From assembly GCA_965222225.1 (NCBI GenBank), contig CBDCTK010000002.1, positions 4,832,001 to 4,896,000 of the forward strand: DNA of 64,000 nucleotides, given 5' to 3'. Shown in pieces: positions 51,116-61,299 of this stretch. This stretch comes from Candidatus Poribacteria bacterium. GTDB taxonomy: Bacteria; Poribacteria; WGA-4E; JAJDTR01. The notes beneath the pieces were generated by a model that was given only the letters and a program-made list of their open reading frames with translations, ran no database searches and was not told the origin of the DNA. The number at the start of each line of letters is the position of its first letter. Position 1 is the first letter of the stretch. Made by a program: the position numbers and the translations under genes.

Positions 51116-51964
51116 ATGTCACACATCAACTCCAGCGCCGGGCGGCACGGTGTGCTCAAGCTGGCGTTCGCAAAGCGATACGGGAGTACCGTACTTGCGG
51201 AGAGTTTCTTTCGGGTACCGTTGCAGGTGATGAAGCCTCGTTACGATGAGTCGGGCTGTGCGTGTGTGTACCTTCTGAGTCCGACAGGCGGAGTAGTGCA
51301 GGGTGACGACTACCAGATTGACGTGGCGCTCTCACCGCACTCTCACGCAATGCTGACAACTCAAGCCGCCACGAAGGTTTATGCCATGCCTGTTCAAGGC
51401 GCGGCGCAATCACTGCGGGGCCGGATTGGTAAGAGCGCGATTCTCGAATATCTCCCCGATCCGACGATACTCTTTCGTGACGCGAACTTCAGTCAACGGG
51501 TGTCCTTCAGTTTGGAGCGCGGTGCAATGCTGGTCATGCAGGAGATTGTCATGCCGGGCAGGTTGGCGCGGGGCGAAAAGTTGGCATTCACGCAATATCA
51601 GAGCCGATTTGAGGTGTCAGATTCAGATGGAGTGTTGCTCTTTGACTCCTGCTGTCTACGACCCAAACATCAACCTTATCTCGCCGCCCACGGCGTGCTA
51701 GACGGCTATGCGTGCTGGGGGAGTTGGTTCCTCCTAGGCGATTTCGACATGCCGTGGTGGGAGGCGCTCTGTAAGATTGCGGAACCGTTGCTCAATTGCT
51801 CGAACAAATCGACTGGTGGGTTAACACAACTGGGTCGGAACGGTATCGCCATGCGAATGTTGGCTAATACTCCCGGAGCAATTCAGTCCGCTTTTCAAAC
51901 AATTTGGAACTGGATTAAACTGGAACACTTCGGATTAGAAACCGTTGATTTGCGAAAGTATTAA
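51116..51964 (+). CDS. ureD: Urease accessory protein UreD
   Basis: PTGGVVQGD, TTQAATKVY, LEYLPDP.I, GRLARGE. Confidence 0.9.
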   Translation: MSHINSSAGRHGVLKLAFAKRYGSTVLAESFFRVPLQVMKPRYDESGCACVYLLSPTGGVVQGDDYQIDVALSPHSHAMLTTQAATKVYAMPVQGAAQSLRGRIGKSAILEYLPDPTILFRDANFSQRVSFSLERGAMLVMQEIVMPGRLARGEKLAFTQYQSRFEVSDSDGVLLFDSCCLRPKHQPYLAAHGVLDGYACWGSWFLLGDFDMPWWEALCKIAEPLLNCSNKSTGGLTQLGRNGIAMRMLANTPGAIQSAFQTIWNWIKLEHFGLETVDLRKY

Positions 51965-51982
51965 TCTCGGAGGAAATGATTC

Positions 51983-52285
51983 GTGAACCTCACCCCTCGT
52001 GAGCAAGAGAAATTAATGATTTACGTCGCCGCACAACTTGCCAAGGATAGACGGGCACGCGGTTTGAAACTCAACTACCCCGAAGCGGTCGCATTCATCA
52101 CCGCCGAAATCTTGGAGGGAATACGTGAGGGAAAATCGGTCGCGGAATTGATGCAATACGGTGCGACGTTACTGAATAGAGACGATGTAATGGAAGGCGT
52201 CCCGGAAATGCTCCACGAAGTACAGGTTGAAGGCACGTTTCCCGATGGCACGAAGCTTGTCACTGTTCACGATCCGATTCGGTAG
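51983..52285 (+). CDS. ureA: Urease gamma subunit
   Basis: [35 protein letters not shown]. Confidence 0.98.
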   Translation: MNLTPREQEKLMIYVAAQLAKDRRARGLKLNYPEAVAFITAEILEGIREGKSVAELMQYGATLLNRDDVMEGVPEMLHEVQVEGTFPDGTKLVTVHDPIR

Positions 52286-52312
52286 AAATGGTGACTTACA
52301 GGAGAAATAGAG

Positions 52313-52627
52313 ATGATACCCGGAGAATACATACTTGCAGAAGGGAGCATAACCGCCAACGCCGGGCGCGATACTCTCGAGCTAACCGTCGCCAATACCG
52401 GCGACAGACCGATTCAGGTCGGATCGCACTTCCATTTTTTTGAGGTCAACGCGGCGCTCCAATTTGACCGGGAAAGGGCTTTCGGCATGAGGTTAAACAT
52501 TCCGTCAGGGGTTGCCGTTCGCTTTGAGCCGGGCGATGAGAAGACGGTGACCCTCACGGAGATAGCAGGCAAGCGGATTGTGCACGGATTGAACAATGAA
52601 ACCAACGGACCAATAGATAAAGGGTAA
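52313..52627 (+). CDS. ureB: Urease beta subunit
   Basis: [27 protein letters not shown]. Confidence 0.98.
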   Translation: MIPGEYILAEGSITANAGRDTLELTVANTGDRPIQVGSHFHFFEVNAALQFDRERAFGMRLNIPSGVAVRFEPGDEKTVTLTEIAGKRIVHGLNNETNGPIDKG

Positions 52628-52637
52628 AGAAAGACCA

Positions 52638-54356
52638 ATGCCTCTCGACATTCCACGACGCGCGTACACAGACATCTACGGCCCAACTGTTGGCGATAAG
52701 GTTCGCCTCGCCGACACCGAGCTGTTTATCGAGGTCGAGAAAGACCACACCGTCTACGGTGACGAGTCGAAGTTCGGAGGTGGCAAGACGCTGCGCGATG
52801 GAATGGGTCAGATGCCCGGTGCTACAAGGGCAGACGGCGTCCTCGATCTTGTCCTGACCAACGCCTTAATCTTGGACTATTGGGGAATTGTCAAAGCGGA
52901 CATCGGGGTACGTGATGGCAAAATCGTCGGGATTGGCAAGGCGGGAAATCCCAACATTATGGATGGCGTATCCGACGGCATGGTGGTCGGAGCAGGCACC
53001 GAAGTCATAGCCGCCGAAGGGATGATTGTAACACCCGGAGGACTTGACGTTCACATCCACTTTATCTGCCCACAGCAGATTGACGAATCCCTCTCGTCGG
53101 GAGTCACGACCATGATTGGTGGAGGTACGGGGCCCGCCACCGGCACAAACGCCACCACCTGCACGCCCGGTACGTGGAACATCGCGCGAATGCTCGAAGC
53201 CGCCGAAGGATTTCCAATCAACCTTGGCTTTTTGGGTAAGGGAAACTCATCTCTGCCGCAGTCGCTCAATGAACAGATTGAAGCAGGGGCGTTGGGACTA
53301 AAACTACACGAAGATTGGGGAACAACCCCCGCGGCGATTGATTGCTGTCTAGCTGTGGCAGATAAATACGATGTGCAGGTCGCCATCCATACGGACACGC
53401 TCAACGAGGCGGGGTTCGTCGAAGATTCGATTGCCGCCTTCAAGGGGCGTACAATCCACACTTACCACACCGAGGGTGCCGGTGGTGGACATGCGCCCGA
53501 CATCATCAAGGTGTGTGGGCAGAGCAATGTGCTGCCCTCCTCGACCAATCCGACGCGACCATTTACAATCAACACCATTGATGAACACCTCGACATGCTG
53601 ATGGTTTGCCATCACCTTGATGCCTCCATCCCCGAAGATCTCGCCTTCGCCGAATCACGAATCCGTCCGGAGACTATCGCCGCCGAAGATATTCTGCACG
53701 ACCTCGGCGCGTTTAGTATGATGGCGTCCGATTCACAGGCGATGGGACGTGTCGGCGAGGTCATACTCCGCACATGGCAAACAGCCCACAAAATGAAAGT
53801 TCAGCGCGGGCGTCTCCCCGACGAAACGGGAGAGAACGACAATGTCCGCGCAAAGCGATATATTGCCAAGTACGCGATTAACCCGGCAATCACGCACGGA
53901 ATCAGCGATCATGTTGGTTCAGTTGAAGTGGGCAAACTTGCTGATTTGGTGGTCTGGGATCCGGCGTTTTTCGGCGTCAAACCGCAGTTGGTGCTAAAAG
54001 GAGGATTCCTTGTCTGGGCTGCCATGGGTGACGCAAATGCTTCTATTCCGACTCCCCAACCGGTTCTAGGGCGCCCGATGTTTGGCGCGTTTGGACGTGT
54101 GCCGTATTCAGCTTCTGTTACCTTTGTCTCCCAGGCCGGGGTCGAGGGAGAGGTCAGGGAACGTCTCGGACTGCAAAAACCGACCGTTGCCGTGACAAAT
54201 TGCCGTCAACTAGACAAATCGGCAATGGTCAACAACACCTACCTGCCAAATATTGAGGTCAATCCCGAGACCTACGAAGTCCGCGCCGATGGCGAACTCC
54301 TCTCCTGCGAACCCGCCGAGGTCCTACCAATGGCACAGCGTTACTTCCTGTTCTAA
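52638..54356 (+). CDS. ureC: Urease alpha subunit
   Basis: [46 protein letters not shown]. Confidence 0.99.
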   Translation: MPLDIPRRAYTDIYGPTVGDKVRLADTELFIEVEKDHTVYGDESKFGGGKTLRDGMGQMPGATRADGVLDLVLTNALILDYWGIVKADIGVRDGKIVGIGKAGNPNIMDGVSDGMVVGAGTEVIAAEGMIVTPGGLDVHIHFICPQQIDESLSSGVTTMIGGGTGPATGTNATTCTPGTWNIARMLEAAEGFPINLGFLGKGNSSLPQSLNEQIEAGALGLKLHEDWGTTPAAIDCCLAVADKYDVQVAIHTDTLNEAGFVEDSIAAFKGRTIHTYHTEGAGGGHAPDIIKVCGQSNVLPSSTNPTRPFTINTIDEHLDMLMVCHHLDASIPEDLAFAESRIRPETIAAEDILHDLGAFSMMASDSQAMGRVGEVILRTWQTAHKMKVQRGRLPDETGENDNVRAKRYIAKYAINPAITHGISDHVGSVEVGKLADLVVWDPAFFGVKPQLVLKGGFLVWAAMGDANASIPTPQPVLGRPMFGAFGRVPYSASVTFVSQAGVEGEVRERLGLQKPTVAVTNCRQLDKSAMVNNTYLPNIEVNPETYEVRADGELLSCEPAEVLPMAQRYFLF

Positions 54357-54404
54357 CGCTAATTCCCGCGAGAGTATTCGCACATAGATAGATTTGCTAT
54401 TCTA

Positions 54405-54537
54405 TCAGGATCTTCTATCGCATTCGCTATCCGCTCGTTTCGTTGCTCACTATGGGATATACTTTCGCTTTGGGATCACTATCGTACTCCCTATTCGGTC
54501 GTTTGATCTATCCGCTCAGTTGATCGTTTGCTTGATC
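54405..54537 (-). repeat. Cluster of the dispersed 17/35-bp repeat
   Basis: Tandem CTATTCGGTCGTTTGAT / CTATCCGCTCAGTTGAT (54491-54524) and a related unit near 54408-54440. Confidence 0.65.
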
Positions 54538-54719
54538 TCCACGAAATCTTTGAATTTCCCTCTGCAGTTGGATTATAATTAGCCGTAGACCCCTGTCCTG
54601 CAAATCTCACCTTATTTGCAATGACAAACACTAGAAAACTCTTGGAATCAATCCCGTTTCCGCATCCCTTCGGTTAATATGTTCACGCCAAAGGAATGTT
54701 AGGCTCTGGAGTATTGAAA

Positions 54720-55118
54720 ATGGACAACCAAATCCGACACTACGAAGACAAATTAAGCCACGAAGCGGATTCGTGGGACCTTAATGACGCCATCCAAAAT
54801 GGCGAGAAGATTGTTGTAATTGACGCACGCTCAACCGAAGCGTTCACTGAAGAACATATTCCGGGAGCGGTCAGTTTTCCGCATCGGACGATGAACCAGG
54901 AGACTACATCGCATCTGGATCGAAAAGCCCTCTATGTGACATACTGCGATGGCATCGGCTGCAACGCCTCAACGAAGGGCGCACTCAAGATGGCGCAGCT
55001 TGGATTTCGCGTGAAAGAGCTTATTGGCGGCCTAGATTGGTGGAAGCGGGATGGCTACCCTACGGCAACATCTGATGAATGTTGTTCAGATACACAATCA
55101 ACCTCCTGCGGTTGTTGA
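54720..55118 (+). CDS. Rhodanese-like domain protein with Cys-rich tail
   Basis: IDARS, HIPGA, YCDGIGCNAS, LIGGLDWW. Confidence 0.88.
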   Translation: MDNQIRHYEDKLSHEADSWDLNDAIQNGEKIVVIDARSTEAFTEEHIPGAVSFPHRTMNQETTSHLDRKALYVTYCDGIGCNASTKGALKMAQLGFRVKELIGGLDWWKRDGYPTATSDECCSDTQSTSCGC

Positions 55119-55197
55119 AAATTCTCGTGGATTGACTCACATTCTCCCGTTTTGGGACGTTTCCCATCAAGTGGGTCGGGTGGAAGGGATTTCTATC

Positions 55198-55331
55198 GAT
55201 CAACCGACCGAACAGGGAGGACGATAGTAAATCCTACTCACCATCCGTTCGCTTGATTGCTATTCACTCGTTTGATCCTATTCGGTCACTTGTTCCCGTA
55301 CCTACGAGAATGGGTAGCAACTTGGGGTAAC
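55198..55331. repeat. Second cluster of the 17/35-bp repeat plus a MITE-like end
   Basis: Units at 55199, 55241, 55260 and 55278; GGTAGCAACTTGGGGTAAC-TAA resembles the right end of the 15201-15360 element. Confidence 0.6.
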
Positions 55332-55367
55332 TAAATAAATCTGACACAAGTGTGCAAGGACTTACCC

Positions 55368-55930
55368 ATGAAGTACGACGAAGATTCACCATTCTACAAA
55401 CTACTTGCTACGAAATATAAATCGGAAGAAGAGGACCTAGGGATTGCCATTCTCCAATCTCATCCGGAAATCGCAAAATTGGAGTGGCCCAGTCCAGATG
55501 AAGGCGGGCAGCCATTCGTCAAAGGAAGCACTGCGCTACATTACGCCGCCAATGACGGGAAAGATATCGGCTTGTCCTTAAAATTCTCCGACATGGTGCG
55601 GACATCAATGCAAGCCGTGCAAACTGGTATTGCTCTGTGCTTTCTTGGGCAGCAAACAATGCGAGAATATCAACCATCCACCTGCTCCTTGAAAACGGCG
55701 CCGACCCAAGATCTCTAGACGCCCTACATGCTGCTGCTTATGGCGGATCTGCGTGCGGCGAAGGCGAAGAACAAGAATATGCTGAATCGCTTAAAATCCT
55801 GATTGAAGCGGGAGCCGATATAAACGATCGCAGGAATTCTCACAACCAAACACCTCTTGGGATCGCTTTGAAAAGTGGTAACACGGGCGCGATTCAGTAT
55901 TTGTCCAGTATTGGCGCTGCAGAAGAATAG
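55368..55930 (+). pseudogene. Ankyrin repeat protein, frameshifted near 55565
   Basis: GSTALHYAANDGK, then in another frame RLVLKILRHGADINA...VLSWAANNA...TPLGIA; apparent AT dinucleotide duplication. Confidence 0.75.
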
Positions 55931-56013
55931 AACCAGCCTGGTCGTTGATGCAATTGACAGCATGTTCTCCGGTTTTATGCAGGTTCAGATACATAATCAA
56001 CATCCTGTAGCTA

Positions 56014-56243
56014 ATGAGAGCTAGTCATTCCAACAAACATATCCGCGAAGCGATTCGTTACGCCGAAAGCAAAAACTGGAGTGTGTTACAAAGGCAGGTC
56101 CTAGAGCACACCTCTGGGGCACACTATGGTGTCCGAAACACGCCCGTGATGGGTGTCGCATTAGGGTCATGTCAACGCCACGCAATCCGGAACTACATGC
56201 GCGCGACATTCGTCGGTATGTTAACCGTTGTCCCCATATCTAA
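56014..56243 (+). pseudogene. HicA-like toxin, frameshifted at (GT)3 56081-56086
   Basis: HSNKHIREAIRYAESKNWSV, then in another frame TKAGPRAHLWGTLWCP...CRIRVMSTPRNPELHARDIRRYVNRCPH. Confidence 0.65.
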
Positions 56244-56286
56244 AGAGAGGAATTATCCAAGAAAATAGATATGAGAGGAGCTTAAG

Positions 56287-56574
56287 ATGAAAATTCATGA
56301 ATTCACGCTCATTTTAACAGTCGATCCAAATGAAGAAGAATCCAATCGACTTTACGAATTCTTTGATGATGGTACGCTTGTTACTAATGTTGACATTCCG
56401 AAGATTTGCATTCACCGTGAAGCCCCATCGTTAGAGGAAGCTATTGGGTCTGCACTGTTGAATGTCAAGCTAGCAGGCTTTAATGTTCTTCGTGTAGAAA
56501 TTGAACCAGAGGTTATGATACGGGGGATTCAGCTATCTCAGGCGGAACAGCAACCGCAAAATCCTACGATCTAG
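56287..56574 (+). CDS. HicB-like antitoxin
   Basis: HEFTLIL...DDGTL...HREAPSLEEAI.SAL..V..AG; GAGGAG SD; follows the HicA-like gene. Confidence 0.6.
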   Translation: MKIHEFTLILTVDPNEEESNRLYEFFDDGTLVTNVDIPKICIHREAPSLEEAIGSALLNVKLAGFNVLRVEIEPEVMIRGIQLSQAEQQPQNPTI

Positions 56575-56705
56575 CCAACGGTCTCGGTTTAGGCTTGGAG
56601 TTGTAATCTTGACTGCGTTTTGGGTTACACCAAGTTTTGGTCTCTGAAGTGCCACTGCTAATTTAGACCACAAATAAGCAAAGTTACGCTAAGGTGAATC
56701 TAATC

Positions 56706-57437
56706 ATGAACAACGCTAAAGCACTTATACCACTTGGCTTCCTGCTTTCCCTTGGTCTTGTGATATCGACCTACCTCGTTACAAACGTGGTTCGAGATAT
56801 ACTTATGGCTAACCAGATTATCAAGGTACGGGGATACGCCGAAATTGATGTCGAGTCGGATTTGGCGATATGGCACATAACCGTCAAAGCGAAAGACAGA
56901 AATATGACGAAGGCATATCCGGTTCTTGCCGCACATCGTAAGAAGGTGTTAGCTTATTTAGAAGAGAACGGCGTGAAACCCGAGGAGATTAAAATCATTC
57001 CAGTCCAAGTGCGTGAACACAAGAAACGCACGGAAAAGGGCCACGAAACAAGCGAGACCGAGGCATTTCAGCTTTCACAGGATATTACGGTCAAATCGAA
57101 GGACGTGCACAACATATCAAGAATTGCGACATCAATAGCCGATCTTCTCGGACGTGGAGTAAACCTAAAGACAGAAATGCCTGGCTACTACTACACGCGA
57201 GTCAACGAGTTGAAGAGTACGCTACTCGTGGAGGCAACTAAAGATGCACGGATGAGAGCAAAGACGTTGGCTGAAGGTAGCGACGCGAATCTAGGACCGC
57301 TCCGCGCCGCGCGTCAAGGCATATTTAGCGTCCAGTCTGCGGATGCAAGCAGCATTGCAGAGAAAGCCGATGATGATGTTTCGTCTATTCCCAAGAAAAT
57401 CACCGCCGTGGTAACATTCGACTATATAATGCGATGA
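56706..57437 (+). CDS. SIMPL/DUF541 domain protein
   Basis: N-terminal TM, IKVRGYAE...DLAIW, EATKDARMRA, ARQGIF. Confidence 0.85.
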   Translation: MNNAKALIPLGFLLSLGLVISTYLVTNVVRDILMANQIIKVRGYAEIDVESDLAIWHITVKAKDRNMTKAYPVLAAHRKKVLAYLEENGVKPEEIKIIPVQVREHKKRTEKGHETSETEAFQLSQDITVKSKDVHNISRIATSIADLLGRGVNLKTEMPGYYYTRVNELKSTLLVEATKDARMRAKTLAEGSDANLGPLRAARQGIFSVQSADASSIAEKADDDVSSIPKKITAVVTFDYIMR

Positions 57438-57453
57438 AAGGATGGCCCCCTTA

Positions 57454-57669
57454 GCTCGACTTTGTACATTTGTAGGGTGGGCGCCGCCCACCATTTCTTG
57501 TAGGGTGCGCACTGCGCACCAGCATCTAAAGCCCCAGAGTGGGATCAAGGAAGCGAATAGCGACTGCGAAAGAGATCCTACAGGTATGTAGCAGCCAACA
57601 ATGAAAACATGAAAAAACTTCCGACAAATGACTAAAAATGGCTTAGCCACCGATTATTCAAACAGGCAC
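57454..57669. mobile_element. Hybrid MITE (MITE-B end plus MITE-A end)
   Basis: TTA-GCTCGACTTTGTACATTT...TATTCAAACAGGCAC-TTA; two GTAG REP-like hairpins (57472, 57500). Confidence 0.75.
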
Positions 57670-57763
57670 TTAACCACAGCGGAATCAAAAAAGTTTTGTT
57701 TCTCTGCGGCATCAGTTTGTGACCTCCCACAGCAACTGAACTCTGATTCTTAGAACAGCCAGA

Positions 57764-58264
57764 ATGAGTGAAAAAGAGGTCTCCATATACACCGATGGCG
57801 CCTGTTTAGGGAATCCCGGCAGGGGCGGATACGGCGTTGTGCTCTCCTACAACGGCAACCGGAAGGAATTGTCCGGAGGATTTCGTCTCACCACAAACAA
57901 CCGGATGGAGATTGTGGCAGCCATCGTTGGATTAGAGGCGCTAAAAACCGCTTGTACGGTGAATCTGTACACCGATTCAAAATACCTCGCTGATGCCATG
58001 ACAAAGGGATGGGCAAAACGCTGGAAGATGAACGGGTGGCGGAGAAACAAAAGAGAGAAAGCTGTAAATCCGGATCTATGGTCAAAACTACTGAAGTTGT
58101 GCGAGCAACATACCGTCAGATTTCGCTGGATTAAGGGGCACGCGGGCCACGAATTAAATGAAATCTGCGATAGGCTCTCCAAGCAAGCCGCAAGCGAGAA
58201 CATCCTCCCCGATGATGATGGATATATCTCCAATCAGCAGAGATCTTTCCTAGATGAAATCTAA
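57764..58264 (+). CDS. rnhA: Ribonuclease HI
   Basis: [43 protein letters not shown]. Confidence 0.96.
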   Translation: MSEKEVSIYTDGACLGNPGRGGYGVVLSYNGNRKELSGGFRLTTNNRMEIVAAIVGLEALKTACTVNLYTDSKYLADAMTKGWAKRWKMNGWRRNKREKAVNPDLWSKLLKLCEQHTVRFRWIKGHAGHELNEICDRLSKQAASENILPDDDGYISNQQRSFLDEI

Positions 58265-58338
58265 CAAACCGGGCCTCCAAGCGCTTGACGAGAACGGTAT
58301 TCTGGTTGCTCGGCAGCAATGATAAAGGTGAACGAAAT

Positions 58339-59148
58339 ATGCTATCACTAATTTATGGCATTCTAATGTTTATTTTGCTCATAGTGTTGTTGATTCATAG
58401 CATTCGATATCGAAGAGAGATTCGCGGCTACATCAAGTATGGCATTGTACTGGGTATCATTCTCATCGTTCTCGACGGTGCAATCGTACCGTTTGTTCCA
58501 AGCTTCTTTGAAGCTATGCCCATTCTCCAATTCCTCATCTTGGATGTAATCGCCTTCGTGAAAATTGTAGTGTTCACATGCATGGGAATCTACTGTTGTT
58601 CGACATTGGGGATTGTAGATATTCCATTGATGAAAAGGCTTGCTGGTGAAACCGATAATCTTGGAGGATCTACGAGACCGAACAGCATCCTAGCCGTAAT
58701 AGGAGTGATCGCTGGGGGAATTGCGTTTTCCGTGATTCTGTTCAAATTGACTTCTCCACAGCTATCGGAGTCACTAAAGGAACTGACGAAACTTCAGGGA
58801 GCTAAACTAGGAATAAGCGACGAGCCGTCGGTTCTGCTGGCACTTGTTGTCATAACATTTGCGTTCAGTGAAGAAATTCTCTTCCGTCTCGGAATTCAGA
58901 ACTATTTGGCAAAGCAGTTCAAACTCACCGACAGCAAGTATTGGATCGCTGTTGTTCTGACTTCGGGACTCTGGTCAATCGCACACGCTAATATCCTCAA
59001 CCCTGAATGGGTGAAAATTGTTCAAATCTTCCCCTTGGGAATAGCATTGGGGTTTCTTTTCAAAAAGTCCGGCTTAGAAAGCTGCATTCTTGCCCACGGC
59101 ATTTTCAACATCGGCATGATGTGCTTGAGTCCATATCTTTTTACGTAG
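58339..59148 (+). CDS. CPBP/Abi family intramembrane metalloprotease
   Basis: EEILFR, WSIAH, HGIFN; multiple transmembrane segments. Confidence 0.88.
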   Translation: MLSLIYGILMFILLIVLLIHSIRYRREIRGYIKYGIVLGIILIVLDGAIVPFVPSFFEAMPILQFLILDVIAFVKIVVFTCMGIYCCSTLGIVDIPLMKRLAGETDNLGGSTRPNSILAVIGVIAGGIAFSVILFKLTSPQLSESLKELTKLQGAKLGISDEPSVLLALVVITFAFSEEILFRLGIQNYLAKQFKLTDSKYWIAVVLTSGLWSIAHANILNPEWVKIVQIFPLGIALGFLFKKSGLESCILAHGIFNIGMMCLSPYLFT

Positions 59149-59194
59149 TTTCGCTAGAGTCGAAACTGAAGATTTTCATTGGGAGAGGTGCTCC

Positions 59195-60025
59195 ATGCTC
59201 ATGTTCGATCTTCTGCGAACCATGAATCCAAACCTCAATCCGGCGGAAGCCAAACTGCACCTCGCAACTTGGAATGGGGTGGAACAGCCGCTTGATGTCT
59301 ATCTTGCGGGCGGCTTCAACGACTGGCAGAGCTGGCAAAGTAAGAAGAACTTTGAACGGAAATTTGTAGTATCTTTGATTAATCTACCACACCAAAAGTA
59401 CAAGTGGCTCTTTGCGGGGGTCTATCGGTCGGCCGGTGTGGAACGAAAATGGTCGGAGGACCATCAAACGCATCATTACTGGTACGAGTTAACTGAACAT
59501 GAAGACCGCAAAGAAATGAACGGTCGGATGGTGGTGACATTTACCAAGCCTAGTCGTGGGTCGTACCTAAACGCGGAGAAATGGTGCAATCGGATTTTTC
59601 TCAGTGAAATATACGCTGAAAAGCAATCTATCGGTGAATTTCCGGGTTTCAAAGCCGTTAATCTTACGAAAGATCAACTAGATCTGTTAGTTCAGAGAGC
59701 TCCCGAATCATGGCGCACCGCGCTCTCCAATGTGGCAGGAGTATACCTGATTTCCGATACCATAACCGGAAGATTTTACGTCGGCAGCGCCTACGGCGAA
59801 GGCGGAGTATGGCACCGCTGGTCGGAATACGCAGATGATGGGCACGGCGGGAACGTTGAACTTAAAAAGTTGCTTGCCGATGAGGGAGTAAAATATGCCG
59901 AGAATTTTCGCTATTCAATCCTTGAGATATCAGATCTGCATGACAGCCAAGACAATATTCTTCAACGAGAATCACACTGGAAGGATATTCTGATGTCACG
60001 TACCTACGGATTGAACGCAAACTAG
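59195..60025 (+). CDS. GIY-YIG nuclease with uncharacterised N-terminal domain
   Basis: GVYLI...YVGSAYG..G...RW..Y, ILE, RESHWK, GLNAN. Confidence 0.88.
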   Translation: MLMFDLLRTMNPNLNPAEAKLHLATWNGVEQPLDVYLAGGFNDWQSWQSKKNFERKFVVSLINLPHQKYKWLFAGVYRSAGVERKWSEDHQTHHYWYELTEHEDRKEMNGRMVVTFTKPSRGSYLNAEKWCNRIFLSEIYAEKQSIGEFPGFKAVNLTKDQLDLLVQRAPESWRTALSNVAGVYLISDTITGRFYVGSAYGEGGVWHRWSEYADDGHGGNVELKKLLADEGVKYAENFRYSILEISDLHDSQDNILQRESHWKDILMSRTYGLNAN

Positions 60026-60313
60026 AAATGGGACTCAAAGACATTAAACAACTGATGACCTTGACACCCGTCCTTAACACTGCACTGATACATAACTGTG
60101 TCCTGCCGGTGCAAAAAGCACTTACTTGAAGAGATTAGTAAGTTCAGAGATTCGTGTCAGAGACAAAAAACCTTGTTGGTTTGATTTGTCAGAACCATTC
60201 CAATTTGCAAAAATATCCATTTTGTGATACCATTCTCAATGGATTAAGGAGGCCGTTTTTTATCATAATTCATAGTTTGCCAATCGCCCAAACACAATTG
60301 ATTGATGAGCCAC

Positions 60314-60352
60314 AAAAGCACCAATCGCATCTGGACGATTGGTGCTTTTTTC
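60314..60352. terminator. Bidirectional intrinsic terminator
   Basis: AAAAGCACCAATCG-N8-CGATTGGTGCTTTTTT. Confidence 0.7.
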
Positions 60353-60449
60353 ATCCAAATTCGAGATACCCCCTGGTGCCCAAGCTACGAAAATGGTTGG
60401 AAAGCAAACTACAGGTTTTTGCTAAATCTGCCAAAGGAAATGGACTGAA

Positions 60450-60983
60450 ATGATTGAATCGCGATATTGGCGTGAGGAACTTACGCGCATAGCCAAGACC
60501 ATTACACCGGTTCGCAAACCGCCGCGATGGTCAGAGCGTGCTCACTGTGTTGTGGAACGTGACCTTATGATTGGCTTCTTCATTATTCGGAGGCTAATTG
60601 AACTCAACAAGGTGTCATCTCGGACCCGGGACTATGGTTTGAAAGTATACGCTTGCCCCGCATTAGGAATTGAAGTTACACAACTGAACAAAGGTTGGAT
60701 TTTTGAGACCTATGACCTCGAAAACGAAAAGCAGGAAACAAAGAAACCACTCTACATTGCAAACCAGTTCATACATGCTTATATGAGTTTCGTTTGGCGG
60801 GATAAAACACGCAATTGGAGCGATGTCTACGTTGTTTCGGAGTTTGGTCGCAACGACTGCATCTGGCGTATCCCAATTCCTGTCATTCGGGAGCAATTCA
60901 AATTAGCTTCCGACGATTACCCTTCAAGGTTGGTTTCAGTTTGGTGTCCCAAGAAAAAAGACTACGTAGTAACAACCGACTAA
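60450..60983 (+). CDS. Hypothetical protein, possibly HEPN-like
   Basis: 177 aa; helical N-terminus with ERDLMIGFFIIRRLIE and a later ANQFIH motif. Confidence 0.6.
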   Translation: MIESRYWREELTRIAKTITPVRKPPRWSERAHCVVERDLMIGFFIIRRLIELNKVSSRTRDYGLKVYACPALGIEVTQLNKGWIFETYDLENEKQETKKPLYIANQFIHAYMSFVWRDKTRNWSDVYVVSEFGRNDCIWRIPIPVIREQFKLASDDYPSRLVSVWCPKKKDYVVTTD

Positions 60984-61299
60984 GACTTGCTCAATTGTTG
61001 TACCGACCTAACATGACTCAACTCGAAAGCATTATTCACTCTAGAACAAACCGACCAGTTCCAGTTCACGTGGACTATAGAATACGAAACCAAGAACTGG
61101 CCAAATACCTTGAAAGGAGATGGACAATCAACCTAGTTCTTCGTTGTTCTGGTCAAAATGCAGTTCACGGTGCTTGCCGGTGTGAACACGATATAGAGTG
61201 TTGAACTCTTACCAGTCGGGGTTTTCTGCTAGTTCAAACCAAGAATCTGCATCAAGAGAACAATGGTAAACAACTTGGGTTGTAGGTAAGAGAATCAAC

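Noticed and set aside
60154-60453. 99-aa ORF and a possible attenuator (GCCAATCG at 60279 competing with the terminator)
   Set aside because: The ORF spans a terminator and has no recognisable features. The alternative pairing is much weaker than the 14-bp stem and there is no clear leader-peptide start.
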